Positions 9,470 to 18,977 are shown, numbered from the stretch's first letter. The stretch: DNA of 64,000 nucleotides from Candidatus Woesearchaeota archaeon CG10_big_fil_rev_8_21_14_0_10_45_16 (GCA_002762785.1 PCXY01000005.1:31434-95433); one strand, 5' to 3'. A program made the numbers and translations. Notes: generated by a model from the letters alone, not told the origin.

Positions 9470-9635
9470 TGCCCTGGCCGGGACTTTCAGATCCCATTAG
9501 GATTTTTGAACCCGGGTCACTGCCTCTCTTCAACAAGAAGAGCTTAGAAGCTTGCTTCTCACTGCGAAAGGGCAGTATGATAGTTTGTCCTTCATCATCA
9601 ACATTGATGACAAAACCGGACTACACCACCAGGGC
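9470..9635 (-). tRNA. tRNA-Glu(TTC) with three introns
   Basis: Removing three inserts gives a complete cloverleaf (anticodon arm CTGCC-CT-TTC-GA-GGCAG; T arm CCGGG-TTCAAAT-CCCGG). Introns: ~9584-9614 (D-loop, borders uncertain), 9526-9564 (37/38), 9484-9504 (59/60). Confidence 0.9.
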
Positions 9636-9724
9636 ACTTATAAACGTCGAATTAGGGAATAGTTTAAAAAACTTTTGTCTTGACTAAAGAAAAGCTTATA
9701 AAAGCAGTAATAGACTAATTCTTA

Positions 9725-10075
9725 ATGAAAGAAAGGTCAATTTTAGGGCTGACGGAGACAGTTAAGCTATTAGGAAATGACCAGAAAGAAGAAATTCTCC
9801 TGGCCCGTATTGATTCTGGAGCCACTTCTTCATCTGTAGACCTGAATATCGCTGTAAAACTACAACTTGGCCCTATAACAAGGTCTAAATTAGTAAAATC
9901 AGCTTCCGGTGTCGGCAAAAGGCCGATTGTCAAAGCTGAAGTGATCATAGATGGCAAGAACATCGAAGGTGAATTTACTTTAGTTGATAGAAGTCATATG
10001 ACTTATCCAATCCTCATCGGTCAAAATATATTAAAAAAAGGAGAATTTCTAATAGATCCTCTCAAAACATCATGA
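9725..10075 (+). CDS. RimK-associated retropepsin-like aspartic protease (RimB-like)
   Basis: ARIDSGATSSS motif; DRSHMTYPILIG; overlaps the RimK-family gene. Confidence 0.85.
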   Translation: MKERSILGLTETVKLLGNDQKEEILLARIDSGATSSSVDLNIAVKLQLGPITRSKLVKSASGVGKRPIVKAEVIIDGKNIEGEFTLVDRSHMTYPILIGQNILKKGEFLIDPLKTS

Positions 10076-11160
10076 AAGCAGCATTGATATCATTGGGTAG
10101 CGTCAGTTCGCAGATGACAGCGGAAGCTATGAAGAAATATTTCGATCAGGTTGATATGATTCAGTTGAAGAATATTGAAGTTAACCTGGGGAAGGAAGCT
10201 GGAATCTATTACAATGGAGAACCTTTCTCACAATATGATTGTGTTTTCTTAAAAGGTTCTTTCAGGTATGCTCATTTATTACGTTCAATAGCTGCTTTAT
10301 TGGAAGGAAGGGTACCTTACATGCCTCTCCCAGCAAATTCTTTCAGTACCGTACATAACAAGCTATTGACCCATCTGATATTACAACAACATAACATCCC
10401 CATGCCCCGAACATATATCTCTTCCACCATCAGTGCTGCCAAAGATTTGTTGAAAAAAGTTAATTATCCTATCGTGATGAAGTTCCCGGAAGGGACGCAA
10501 GGGAAAGGAGTGATGTTCGCTGATTCCATCAGCAGCGCTTCCTCGCTGCTTGACGCTCTCGGAGCGTTGAACCAGCCGTTCATCATCCAGGAATACATCG
10601 AGACCAACGGCTCTGACATCCGCGCTATTGTCGTCGGCGACAAGGTCGTAGCCGCCTACAGAAGGAAAGCTCAGAAAGAAGACAAAAGATCAAATATCCA
10701 TGCCGGCGGCACTGGAGAAGTCGTCACATTGAGCCGGGAAATCAGCAAGATTGCCGTGGACACTGCTAAAGCTTTAGAAGTTGATATCTGCGGCATCGAC
10801 ATCCTGGAAAGCCCTCTCGGCCCATTGGTGATCGAAGCTAACCTTTCTCCGGGATTACAAGGAGTTACAAAAGTTAGCACCATCGATGTCGCTGATGAGA
10901 TCGCCAAATACCTCTACAGAAGGACCAAAGAAGTGGTCGAAAAACACAGGAAGAGAGCCAGCGATGAAGTGATGCGGGAAATATCCATCGACAACACAGA
11001 AAAAGAAAGATGGCAGCAGATCATATCCTCGCTGACGTTCAGAGGAGAAAGGATCATCCTGCCGGAATTTGTCACCAAGATCACCCAGTTCAGCGATCAG
11101 AAAGAATATGTGATAAAAGCAGAAAAAGGAAAAGTAGAGATTGAAGAATTCAAACTGTAG
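10072..11160 (+). CDS. RimK-family ATP-grasp alpha-L-glutamate ligase with C-terminal extension
   Basis: EGTQGKGV, IIQEYI, DIRAIVVG, RSNIHAGG, EANLSPG motifs. Confidence 0.9.
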   Translation: MKAALISLGSVSSQMTAEAMKKYFDQVDMIQLKNIEVNLGKEAGIYYNGEPFSQYDCVFLKGSFRYAHLLRSIAALLEGRVPYMPLPANSFSTVHNKLLTHLILQQHNIPMPRTYISSTISAAKDLLKKVNYPIVMKFPEGTQGKGVMFADSISSASSLLDALGALNQPFIIQEYIETNGSDIRAIVVGDKVVAAYRRKAQKEDKRSNIHAGGTGEVVTLSREISKIAVDTAKALEVDICGIDILESPLGPLVIEANLSPGLQGVTKVSTIDVADEIAKYLYRRTKEVVEKHRKRASDEVMREISIDNTEKERWQQIISSLTFRGERIILPEFVTKITQFSDQKEYVIKAEKGKVEIEEFKL

Positions 11161-11467
11161 TTTTCTTCTTTGGTTTTGCCGCCGTCTTGGTAACTGTCTT
11201 ATGCTGCACTTGCGGCTTTTTCTCAACCGAAACAGTCATCCCTAACGGCTGCGGTCGGAACCAGATCAGATAGAGTATCTCTAACAACCCTAAAGTATTG
11301 ACAATCAGAAGAGCGATAAACCAGCCTTTCTGCTTGTTCTGGGAGCTGTACCACAGCGCATAACCCTTCCAGATCAATGACCAGACAACGGCGACCAAAA
11401 GACCAGATAAAGCCCAAGCAGGCCGTTGATAGATACCATATAACGTCATCATGATGAAAACCTCCAT
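11150..11467 (-). CDS. Small membrane protein (DUF5652-like)
   Basis: WSLIWKGYALW..WFIALLIVNTLGLLEILY pattern. Confidence 0.75.
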   Translation of the reverse strand: MEVFIMMTLYGIYQRPAWALSGLLVAVVWSLIWKGYALWYSSQNKQKGWFIALLIVNTLGLLEILYLIWFRPQPLGMTVSVEKKPQVQHKTVTKTAAKPKKKTTV

Positions 11468-11518
11468 ATAAACAAAGACGAAACTGGTTTTTATGCTTTG
11501 TGTAAGTCAAGAAGCGGT

Positions 11519-12379
11519 TTACTTTCTCTTTTCCAATTTCTGGATACTCTCTAAGTCTGCCACAATATCGGAAGCGATAAAAGCATACCCTTTCTTTTTC
11601 TTCAGCAGCTGATCACCGATAAAACCGTTGATATAGGCTGCTGCCGCTGCGCTCTTGAAAAGGTCTTTACTCTTAGCCAAAAAGCCAGCGCAAAGTCCTG
11701 CCAAGACGTCGCCGGTGCCGCCTTTAGTCATGCCCTGGTTACCGGTTCTATTGTAAGCGATCTTGTTTCGGGAGATGACGAGATCAGTAGGACCTTTCAT
11801 CAAGAGGACGTTGTTGTTCTGCAGGAAATAACGAAGGTTGCCTTGCAAGACTTCGCCCTTCTCTTTGGCATTTGATTCCCTCAGTTTAGGAAGCAGGAAA
11901 TCCTTATTGCTGTTGACCAGCATCATTTCCAGCTCCGTCTCATGCGGTGTCAGGACAGCGTTGCTGAAATCTTTAAAAGATAATGATTTAAGAGCATCAG
12001 CGTCGATAACTTTTAGTTTCTGCGACTTGCGGATGAAATAATTAACAAACTTGTCGGCCTTCCGGGTGATGCCGTTGCCGATCAGGACCACATCAAAACG
12101 TTCGGCGTATTTGACCAGTTCTTTGGCCAATTTAACTGTGAAAGCTCCTTTGATCTTATAAGTCATCAGGTCAGGGGCGTACCTATTGATATGCCAGGCA
12201 ACCTTTTCCGGAGCGGCGATAGTGACGAGGTCACAGCCAGCCCGCAAAGCACCTAGTCCCGCCAATGCGACCGCGCCGACATACTCTTCAGAACCGCCGA
12301 TAATAAGGACGTGGCCATTCTCTCCTTTGCGGGAATTCTTCTTCCGCTCCATCAATTTTTTGACTTGATTTAAGTTCAT
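11519..12379 (-). CDS. nnrD: ADP-dependent NAD(P)H-hydrate dehydratase (YjeF C-terminal)
   Basis: KGENGHVLIIGGS, VIDADAL, LTPH, GGTGDVLAG. Confidence 0.92.
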   Translation of the reverse strand: MNLNQVKKLMERKKNSRKGENGHVLIIGGSEEYVGAVALAGLGALRAGCDLVTIAAPEKVAWHINRYAPDLMTYKIKGAFTVKLAKELVKYAERFDVVLIGNGITRKADKFVNYFIRKSQKLKVIDADALKSLSFKDFSNAVLTPHETELEMMLVNSNKDFLLPKLRESNAKEKGEVLQGNLRYFLQNNNVLLMKGPTDLVISRNKIAYNRTGNQGMTKGGTGDVLAGLCAGFLAKSKDLFKSAAAAAYINGFIGDQLLKKKKGYAFIASDIVADLESIQKLEKRK

Positions 12380-12486
12380 ACTACCTTTCCGGAACTCTTT
12401 TTTGGGTTTATATATCTTTATTGTAATTTAAGGGTAGTCACTCTCTTTTTATCTGTTTTTTATAAAGGGGCGACTATTTTTCATAA

Positions 12487-12500
12487 GAAAACCTTTTAAA
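12487..12500 (+). promoter_or_regulatory. BRE/TATA of the tRNA-Ile gene
   Basis: GAAAACCTTTTAAA ~26 nt upstream of the tRNA 5' end. Confidence 0.6.
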
Positions 12501-12526
12501 TGGATCGGACAATCGGATTAGCAGGT

Positions 12527-12647
12527 GGGCCTGTAGCTCAGCCTGGTTTAGAGCGCTGGTCTTATATGACCATTAATGGCACAACTTACAAAACCATTAA
12601 TCGCTTGGGACAGCCAGAGGTCCGGGGTTCAAATCCCTGCAGGCCCA
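12527..12647 (+). tRNA. tRNA-Ile(TAT) with canonical 37/38 intron
   Basis: GGGCCTG/CAGGCCC acceptor stem; anticodon TAT at 12563-12565; 45-nt intron 12567-12611 with BHB (CTTA/TGGG helix); followed by a T-run. Confidence 0.9.
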
Positions 12648-12795
12648 CTTTTTTTTTTGCTTTTTGGTAAGCTTTAAAAAAACGGCAGTCTTAGATTTAA
12701 CATAGAAAGAGATGATAGAGACAGCTGAAGGAAGAGAGAAGCTGATGAGATTATATAATCTCAAAAATAGAAACGGATACGACTGACTGGAATGA

Positions 12796-13569
12796 TCACT
12801 TCTTTACCGTAAAATCAATCATCAACGGCAGATGGTCTGAAAAAGGAAAATGCAGTATAGAATACTTCTTTACTTTGATCTGAGGTGATGTCAAGATGTA
12901 ATCCAGCCGCCGCTTAGGATGCCAAGCCGGTTCAGTAAGCGGCAGTGATTTCTTGTCTAGGGCGATCTTGTCGTTAAGATGGGTCTTTTCCTGAAGTTCC
13001 CTTATCTCTCTCTCGCCGTTGAAAGTGTTGAAGTCGCCCATCAGGATGACCGGGTTCTTGATCCTGTTGACGATATTTATCAGTTCTTTGATCTGCCGGG
13101 CTCGAGCCTTCTTTCCAAGCGCCAGATGGGCTACCAGTAATGTGACCTTTTGAGGACATTGGATCGTCGACTCGATGACGACCCGTTTAGTGCCTTCATG
13201 AAAAACGTGATATTTGACATTGTTCAGTTTAAACTTAGAGATGATGGCATTAGCCTGCTTGTCTAATATGGGAATATGATGAAATAATTTCAGCCAGCCT
13301 TTCAATGGATACTTTATCTGCTCCACGAAACTGTTCAGTTTCAGCTTCTCTTCCAGGAACTTGACTTCATCCCGGCCACGGCTGCGGAAAGAGCCGATGT
13401 CCACTTCGATCAGGGCCAGGATGTCCGGCTTGAGCTTGTGAAGGGCAGAGACAATTTTTTCATCAAGATCTTTAGGAGGGAAGAAAATCTTCCAGAATTT
13501 TAAGTATTGGTACCAGATCCCTTCGATACCCTCGCAGTATTCGATGTTGTAGGTTATAAGCTTGACCAC
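12796..13569 (-). CDS. Endonuclease/exonuclease/phosphatase family protein
   Basis: TYNI, DILALIEVD, MGDFN, LDYI, SDHLP motifs. Confidence 0.9.
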   Translation of the reverse strand: MVKLITYNIEYCEGIEGIWYQYLKFWKIFFPPKDLDEKIVSALHKLKPDILALIEVDIGSFRSRGRDEVKFLEEKLKLNSFVEQIKYPLKGWLKLFHHIPILDKQANAIISKFKLNNVKYHVFHEGTKRVVIESTIQCPQKVTLLVAHLALGKKARARQIKELINIVNRIKNPVILMGDFNTFNGEREIRELQEKTHLNDKIALDKKSLPLTEPAWHPKRRLDYILTSPQIKVKKYSILHFPFSDHLPLMIDFTVKK

Positions 13570-13656
13570 AACACACTATTAGAAAGAGATTATAAAAGAC
13601 TTGTTGATTACTAACCCATAGAAACATATTTAAGTTTAGGAAAAAGTGTTGATGAT

Positions 13657-13920
13657 ATGGGTTCAGCTAACAATCTAGAAAAGGACATCGCTTTGATCAA
13701 AGAAAGAAATCTGAGAGTCGAACTGGATAAAGCCTGGGAAACAAGTCTAACAAGAAAAGTAATCATCGCCATCTTAACTTACTTTGTGATCGTCCTGTTC
13801 TTTTTTTTCGCCGACCTGCCGAAACCATTTATCAATTCAATAGTACCAACCATAGGTTTTGTATTATCGACATTATCGTTATCGTATTTTAAGAAGATCT
13901 GGATCAGATACAACCAATAA
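13657..13920 (+). CDS. Small conserved 2-TM membrane protein
   Basis: ERNLRVELDKAWETS followed by two hydrophobic helices; TATA upstream. Confidence 0.7.
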   Translation: MGSANNLEKDIALIKERNLRVELDKAWETSLTRKVIIAILTYFVIVLFFFFADLPKPFINSIVPTIGFVLSTLSLSYFKKIWIRYNQ

Positions 13921-15153
13921 CTACTTCAAGATTCCGTATCCGATCAGCCTGAACCTGTCTCCAACCCTTCGGGAGATGGTGATCCTATCGCCTTTATCTG
14001 CACAGATCGGTTTTCTCAAAGAAAGGATGGTCTTCTTCTTAGAAGGATCGACGACGATACCGACGGTGGCAGCAGAGTTGACGTTAAGCATCAGCATCTC
14101 TCCTTTAGCCAGAGGCTTGACATCAGTCTCATCTTTCACGCCGACAACGCGTTCTAGAAGATTCGTGTCTAATTCAATATCGTAATGGACTGGCGGCAAT
14201 TTCCCAGGAAGGCCGACAACACAGCCAGTAAGAGTATCTGATTTGACGATAGTTGGATCCAGTTCTGTGCCCAGGGCCATGCTGCCTCCAGGAAGGATCT
14301 CATCAACCGGCTGGCCGCCAGAAAAGATCTGAGTCACTTTCGTGGTCAGCGGCTTCCAGATGCGCTTGTTTTTCTCTTCTACCATGTAACCTGGAGCGAT
14401 CTCTACTTCGTCACCAACCTTGAAGCGGCCCTGCTTGACAGTTCCACCAAGGACACCGCCGACCAATTGTTTTGGTTTTATACCTGGTTTGTTGATATCA
14501 AAGGAGCGAGCGATAAGCATCATCGGTCTTTCGTCAACTTTCCGTTCAGGAGTGGGAATCTGTTCCTGGACAGCGCGTAACAATTCATCCACGTTGACGT
14601 TTGCTCTGGCGGAGATCGGAACGATAGGCGCGTCGCTATACTCAGTATCAGCCAGGAATTGTTTGATCTCCTGATAGTTTTGTAAAGCCTCTTCTTTGGA
14701 GACCAAGTCGATCTTGTTCTGGACGACGATAACTTTCTTGATGCCGGAAATCTGTAAAGCCATCAGGTGTTCTTTAGTCTGTGGCTGCGGGCATTTCTCG
14801 TTGGCCGCCACCAGCAATAAAGCGCCGTCGACGATGGCTGCTCCCGATAACATGGTAGCCATGAGACTCTCGTGGCCAGGAGCATCTACCAAAGAGATCT
14901 TCCTTTGGAAGACAGTAGCTTTATTGGATTTGATACTTTTCTCTTTTGTCGTATAGAAATCGTTCTCTTTATCGTAATAGATGTTGAAATCAGCGTAGCC
15001 AAGACGGATAGTGATGCCTCGTTTCAGTTCTTCAGAATGCGTGTCGGTCCATTTGCCGCTCAATCGCTCCGTTAGAGTAGTCTTGCCGTGGTCGACGTGG
15101 CCGACAAGGGCAATATTAAGCTCCGGTTGCACCGCTTCTTTCTTCTTCGCCAT
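13921..15153 (-). CDS. eif2g: Translation initiation factor aIF2 gamma
   Basis: GHVDHGKTT, EELKRGITIRLGY, DAPGHE, QNKID, RLIGYG. Confidence 0.97.
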   Translation of the reverse strand: MAKKKEAVQPELNIALVGHVDHGKTTLTERLSGKWTDTHSEELKRGITIRLGYADFNIYYDKENDFYTTKEKSIKSNKATVFQRKISLVDAPGHESLMATMLSGAAIVDGALLLVAANEKCPQPQTKEHLMALQISGIKKVIVVQNKIDLVSKEEALQNYQEIKQFLADTEYSDAPIVPISARANVNVDELLRAVQEQIPTPERKVDERPMMLIARSFDINKPGIKPKQLVGGVLGGTVKQGRFKVGDEVEIAPGYMVEEKNKRIWKPLTTKVTQIFSGGQPVDEILPGGSMALGTELDPTIVKSDTLTGCVVGLPGKLPPVHYDIELDTNLLERVVGVKDETDVKPLAKGEMLMLNVNSAATVGIVVDPSKKKTILSLRKPICADKGDRITISRRVGDRFRLIGYGILK

Positions 15154-15186
15154 ACATTGCTAGAAAAGGGGCGTATTTATAAAAGT

Positions 15187-15459
15187 TTAGGAGCGCTTAG
15201 ACAGGGTTATTTCGATGTTGCTGACTCGCACCGGCTTGCCTTCGCTCTCAAATTCTTCACTGCTGATACGAATATCTTTTACGTCAATATCATGTAAGAA
15301 ACGGTTACGGGTGACTTCAGCCACATCAACAGCCCGAGAGATGAACTTCCCCCTGGCTTTGACGATCACTTCAGAAGCACCTTTACTGGTAAACTGCATG
15401 ACCACGCCCGTCACGTAGTTCATGAAAGGCTTTTCGCCTATGAGAATAGAGTTATCCAT
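15187..15459 (-). CDS. albA: DNA/RNA-binding protein Alba
   Basis: [25 protein letters not shown]. Confidence 0.96.
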   Translation of the reverse strand: MDNSILIGEKPFMNYVTGVVMQFTSKGASEVIVKARGKFISRAVDVAEVTRNRFLHDIDVKDIRISSEEFESEGKPVRVSNIEITLSKRS

Positions 15460-15460
15460 T

Positions 15461-15646
15461 TTACTCTTTCTTCTTCAATCTGGTCATATATCCTGCGATA
15501 ACATTACGTAATTTCTTGCTTGGAATCACGGTGTGACGTGAAGTCAGCACTTTATTCTGTGTAAAGTCTGTGGTAAAGTTCTCACCATGGATCTTAAGCA
15601 GTTCACGGGTCTTTCGCTTGATGAATGTGGTCTTGATTCTTCCCAT
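15461..15646 (-). CDS. rps17e: 30S ribosomal protein S17e
   Basis: [26 protein letters not shown]; start corrected to 15646. Confidence 0.95.
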   Translation of the reverse strand: MGRIKTTFIKRKTRELLKIHGENFTTDFTQNKVLTSRHTVIPSKKLRNVIAGYMTRLKKKE

Positions 15647-15687
15647 GGCGGCTTGAGAGAGTGGCCTGTTTATAAAGATTTCTGTAA

Positions 15688-15747
15688 AGCCCTGTAGAAA
15701 ATCTCCTTGAGAGGTTGTGGCCAACCTGCTTTATTTTCTACAGAACT
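15688..15747. mobile_element. MITE family A, 60-bp complete copy
   Basis: Terminal inverted repeats AGCCCTGTAGAAAAT / ATTTTCTACAGAACT with an internal hairpin. Confidence 0.7.
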
Positions 15748-15820
15748 TGTCTTTGACGGAAGATGCCCCCTAGTATAGCTTTACGTAATGTTTATATATT
15801 AAGCGGGATTTAAATGCCCC

Positions 15821-16219
15821 ATGGTTATCCTCATAGATCAGTTCAATCTTCCGGAAGATATCTATACGGTAATCTTTGCCACGGAACAGCAGCAACTGGT
15901 AGCCAAGATGCTCATCAAGTATATGTTCGACAACAGCGGTGAGATCGGCAAGACCGAGATGAGCCTATTCGCCACGGCTCTGCACGAAGGGAAGGCAGTG
16001 GTAAAAGAGAAAGGAAAGTCGCCGCTGCAGAAAGAAGAACGGATCTCCTACAATAAGAGACAGTTTTATGATAGGATCCTGACCCCGATGCGAGGCATGG
16101 GATTGATCGAGTACGACCTGTATAAGAAGACGTACAAAGTTTCTGATAAGTTCAACAAGCTGATGATCCGCGTAGGATTGATGTGGCTGCGGGAATTAGA
16201 CAAGCATAAGAAGGGTTAG
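15821..16219 (+). CDS. Hypothetical protein, probable winged helix
   Basis: RQFYDRILTPMRGMGLIEYDLYKKTYKVS wing-like pattern; TATA upstream. Confidence 0.65.
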   Translation: MVILIDQFNLPEDIYTVIFATEQQQLVAKMLIKYMFDNSGEIGKTEMSLFATALHEGKAVVKEKGKSPLQKEERISYNKRQFYDRILTPMRGMGLIEYDLYKKTYKVSDKFNKLMIRVGLMWLRELDKHKKG

Positions 16220-16224
16220 GGTCT

Positions 16225-16641
16225 TCAATCTTGAAGAGGGAATTTCATCCGTAAAAACTTTTTAATTGCTTCTTTTCCATCTTCCACAACAGGAGTTAAG
16301 TCCATCAAAGCTAAAAGGCTCCAATGTCGACCAGAGCGAATGGCTTTTACTTCAGCTCCAGTAATATAAACTCCTTTTATTTCATCACCTGCTAGCGCAT
16401 AGAATTTGGCAATAGCATTATTTCTTTCTCTAACTAACATATCTCTTGCATCAAAACGAAGTGTGTAACCAGTATTGACAGGCGTATCCAACTCTATTCC
16501 ATAACCACGAAATCTTTCAAGAGCTTCTCTCCCAAAATCCCTTATCAATGCTTGTTCTAAAGTCGCTCCCTCTGATGATAAAGAAGCAAGCGCATCAACA
16601 CTGGGAATTTCCAGGATTAGTCTTTGTAGATATAAAGCCAT
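16225..16641 (-). CDS. Hypothetical protein
   Basis: 138-aa ORF with TATA upstream; no recognised motif. Confidence 0.55.
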   Translation of the reverse strand: MALYLQRLILEIPSVDALASLSSEGATLEQALIRDFGREALERFRGYGIELDTPVNTGYTLRFDARDMLVRERNNAIAKFYALAGDEIKGVYITGAEVKAIRSGRHWSLLALMDLTPVVEDGKEAIKKFLRMKFPLQD

Positions 16642-16696
16642 GACCTAATTTAGCTTAATGAGGATATAAAAACATTTAGAAATTCAAGAACACACA

Positions 16697-17266
16697 TCAC
16701 CCTTTAAACCTCCCTTCCATGATAATATCTTTCAACGGCTTCCGATCGTTCGGCTCTTCCATCTTCTGCAGATCGGCAGGCAGCTTTTTCTTGTCACCTT
16801 TCTTGCCGATGGCGATCATCATCATCACTTCGTAACCAGCAGGGATCTTAAGAACTTTCTGCGCTTTATCGTAATCGAACCCTTCCATCCCATGGACTAC
16901 CAATCCCCTCTTACATCCTTCGATAGCCAAGTTTTCCCAAGCTGCCCCAGTGTCAAAAGCATGTGTTCTCGAAGGCTTGCTGTTATATTCAAAATCCTTC
17001 CGTGAGATAGTCACGACCAGCACAGCTGCTTTCGTCGCCCATGCTTGATTAAACTCCGTCAACAGGCTTACAAACGTCTGCCATTGTTTTGATCCCCGCT
17101 TGGCATAGATAAAACGCCATGGTTGGTTATTATAGGACGAAGGCGCCCATCTGGCTGCTTCAAAGAGAGGCATCAAGTCTTTATCCGTCAACTCTTCCCC
17201 GCTCATCGCTCTCGGTGAATGTCTATCCAGGATAAGCGGACTGATATCGTAAGTAGAAGTTCTCAT
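16697..17266 (-). CDS. Nitroreductase family protein
   Basis: RHSPRA, AARWAPSSYNNQPWRF, FDTGAAW. Confidence 0.93.
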   Translation of the reverse strand: MRTSTYDISPLILDRHSPRAMSGEELTDKDLMPLFEAARWAPSSYNNQPWRFIYAKRGSKQWQTFVSLLTEFNQAWATKAAVLVVTISRKDFEYNSKPSRTHAFDTGAAWENLAIEGCKRGLVVHGMEGFDYDKAQKVLKIPAGYEVMMMIAIGKKGDKKKLPADLQKMEEPNDRKPLKDIIMEGRFKG

Positions 17267-17311
17267 TAGGAACCTTCAGGTCATTAGATATTTAAAGATA
17301 TCGAAAGAGAT

Positions 17312-17475
17312 GGTTCTGTAGAAAACCTCTTCGAGGGGTCACTACCAACTCGCTCTTTTACTGAAGCGATAGGAATGCGACATCCCCGGATGGGTCACCC
17401 CCTGTCGCAAACCGCTACCACAAATTGTGAGCGCCGCTCGTACAGAGGCAGTGACCCTTCATTTTCCACAGAGCC
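17312..17475. mobile_element. MITE family A, 164-bp complete structured copy
   Basis: GGTTCTGTAGAAAA..GAGGGGTCACTACC pairs with GGCAGTGACCCTTC..TTTTCCACAGAGCC; flanks gaaagagat/gaaagaaaa match 7/9. Confidence 0.7.
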
Positions 17476-17503
17476 GAAAGAAAAGAGAAAAAATCAAAAT
17501 TTA

Positions 17504-18667
17504 CTACAAACTAGCTTCCTGCCTCAATACTTCAGCTTTATCGGTCTTTTCCCAAGTGAAATCTGGATCGTTCCTGCCAAAGTGGCCGTAAGCTGCCGTC
17601 TTCCGATAGATCGGCCGTTTCAATTGCAGCTGATCGATCATCGCTTTCGGTCGGAAGTCAAAATGTTTCTTGACAAGTTCAATGATCTTATCATTAGAAA
17701 CTTTGCCGGTGCCAAAAGTGTCGACGAAGATGCTGACCGGCTGGGCTACACCGATGGCGTAAGCAACCTGCACTTCACATCTTTCTGCCAATCCTGCTGC
17801 CACTATGTTCTTGGCAACGTATCGGCCGTAGTAAGCACCGGAGCGATCCACCTTACTCGGATCTTTTCCGGAGAAACAGCCGCCGCCGTGAGAACCATGG
17901 CCGCCGTAAGTATCGACGATGATCTTCCTGCCCGTCAATCCAGCGTCACCGACAGGACCGCCGATGACGAACTTGCCCGTCGGATTTATGAAATATTTAG
18001 TGTTGTCATCGACCCAGTTGGCGCAGATAGGTTTTACCACCTTTTCGATCATGTCTCTACGGATAGTCTCCAGATCGACGTCAGGATGATGCTGGGTAGA
18101 GATGACGACAGCATCAACACGTTTCGGCCTGCCGTTTTCATATTCAATCGTCACCTGTGATTTGCCGTCAGGGCGGAGGTACCATACTTCTCCCCTTTTC
18201 CGAGCTGAGGCTAATCTTTGTGTCAACTTGTGAGCCAGTAAGATAGATAATGGCATGAACTCTGGTGTTTCATCGGTAGCGTAGCCGAACATCAAGCCTT
18301 GATCGCCTGCGCCTTGTTCTTGATACAAGCCTTCTCCTTCATTGACACCTTGAGCGATATCGGGTGACTGCTCAGAGATGGCTGCCAGAACACCACAGGT
18401 AGCACCTTCGAAGCCGTACTCCGGCTTGTCATAGCCGATCTCGAGGATGGTATCCCTTACGATCTTCTGGATATCCACATAGGTAGTTGTCTTTACTTCA
18501 CCGCCGACGACAACAAAGCCAGTCTTGGTGAAGCTTTCTACAGCTACCCGAGCGTTAGGGTCGTCTTTCAGCATCGCATCAAGAATCGCGTCCGAGATCT
18601 GGTCACACATCTTGTCAGGGTGACCTTCGGTCACGCTTTCACTTGTAAAAAAATAGTTGTTTGTCAT
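17504..18667 (-). CDS. metK: S-adenosylmethionine synthetase, bacterial/eukaryotic type
   Basis: [35 protein letters not shown]; likely start MTNNY at 18667. Confidence 0.97.
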   Translation of the reverse strand: MTNNYFFTSESVTEGHPDKMCDQISDAILDAMLKDDPNARVAVESFTKTGFVVVGGEVKTTTYVDIQKIVRDTILEIGYDKPEYGFEGATCGVLAAISEQSPDIAQGVNEGEGLYQEQGAGDQGLMFGYATDETPEFMPLSILLAHKLTQRLASARKRGEVWYLRPDGKSQVTIEYENGRPKRVDAVVISTQHHPDVDLETIRRDMIEKVVKPICANWVDDNTKYFINPTGKFVIGGPVGDAGLTGRKIIVDTYGGHGSHGGGCFSGKDPSKVDRSGAYYGRYVAKNIVAAGLAERCEVQVAYAIGVAQPVSIFVDTFGTGKVSNDKIIELVKKHFDFRPKAMIDQLQLKRPIYRKTAAYGHFGRNDPDFTWEKTDKAEVLRQEASL

Positions 18668-18683
18668 TTTTAGTCTTTCCTCA

Positions 18684-18977
18684 TTAATGTCCACTGTTCC
18701 CTCGGTTTTTGTAGGATTGCGGTTTGAATGTTGGTCCTTCGTAACTAGCAGTCGTATTCCTAAAATGAGCAGGATATTGCTTTTGGAGAGCTTCGTAACC
18801 GGCTCTTAGATGATCATCAGACGGAGAACTCTTGAGTGCTGTTTCAGTAAGACCGACCAGATGATCGATAAACGTTGTGCCGCTTAGACCTAGGTCAAGC
18901 TTCCCCCTAATAGAATCAGATCTGCATAGATCAACAATTACTTTTTCTCTTTTAGTAAGTTCATTTTTCGGTTCCAT
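18684..18977 (-). CDS. Hypothetical protein
   Basis: Likely start MEPKN at 18977 with TATA upstream; no motif. Confidence 0.45.
   Translation of the reverse strand: MEPKNELTKREKVIVDLCRSDSIRGKLDLGLSGTTFIDHLVGLTETALKSSPSDDHLRAGYEALQKQYPAHFRNTTASYEGPTFKPQSYKNRGNSGH

Noticed and set aside
17312-17475. Structured element as SAM riboswitch, 5S rRNA or SRP RNA
   Set aside because: It lies downstream of metK, lacks 5S/SRP signature motifs, and its ends match the dispersed MITE A termini
17375-18160. 261-aa plus-strand ORF (and similar antisense ORFs over dnaK, dnaJ and other genes)
   Set aside because: Antisense shadow of a highly conserved gene, with no motifs of its own
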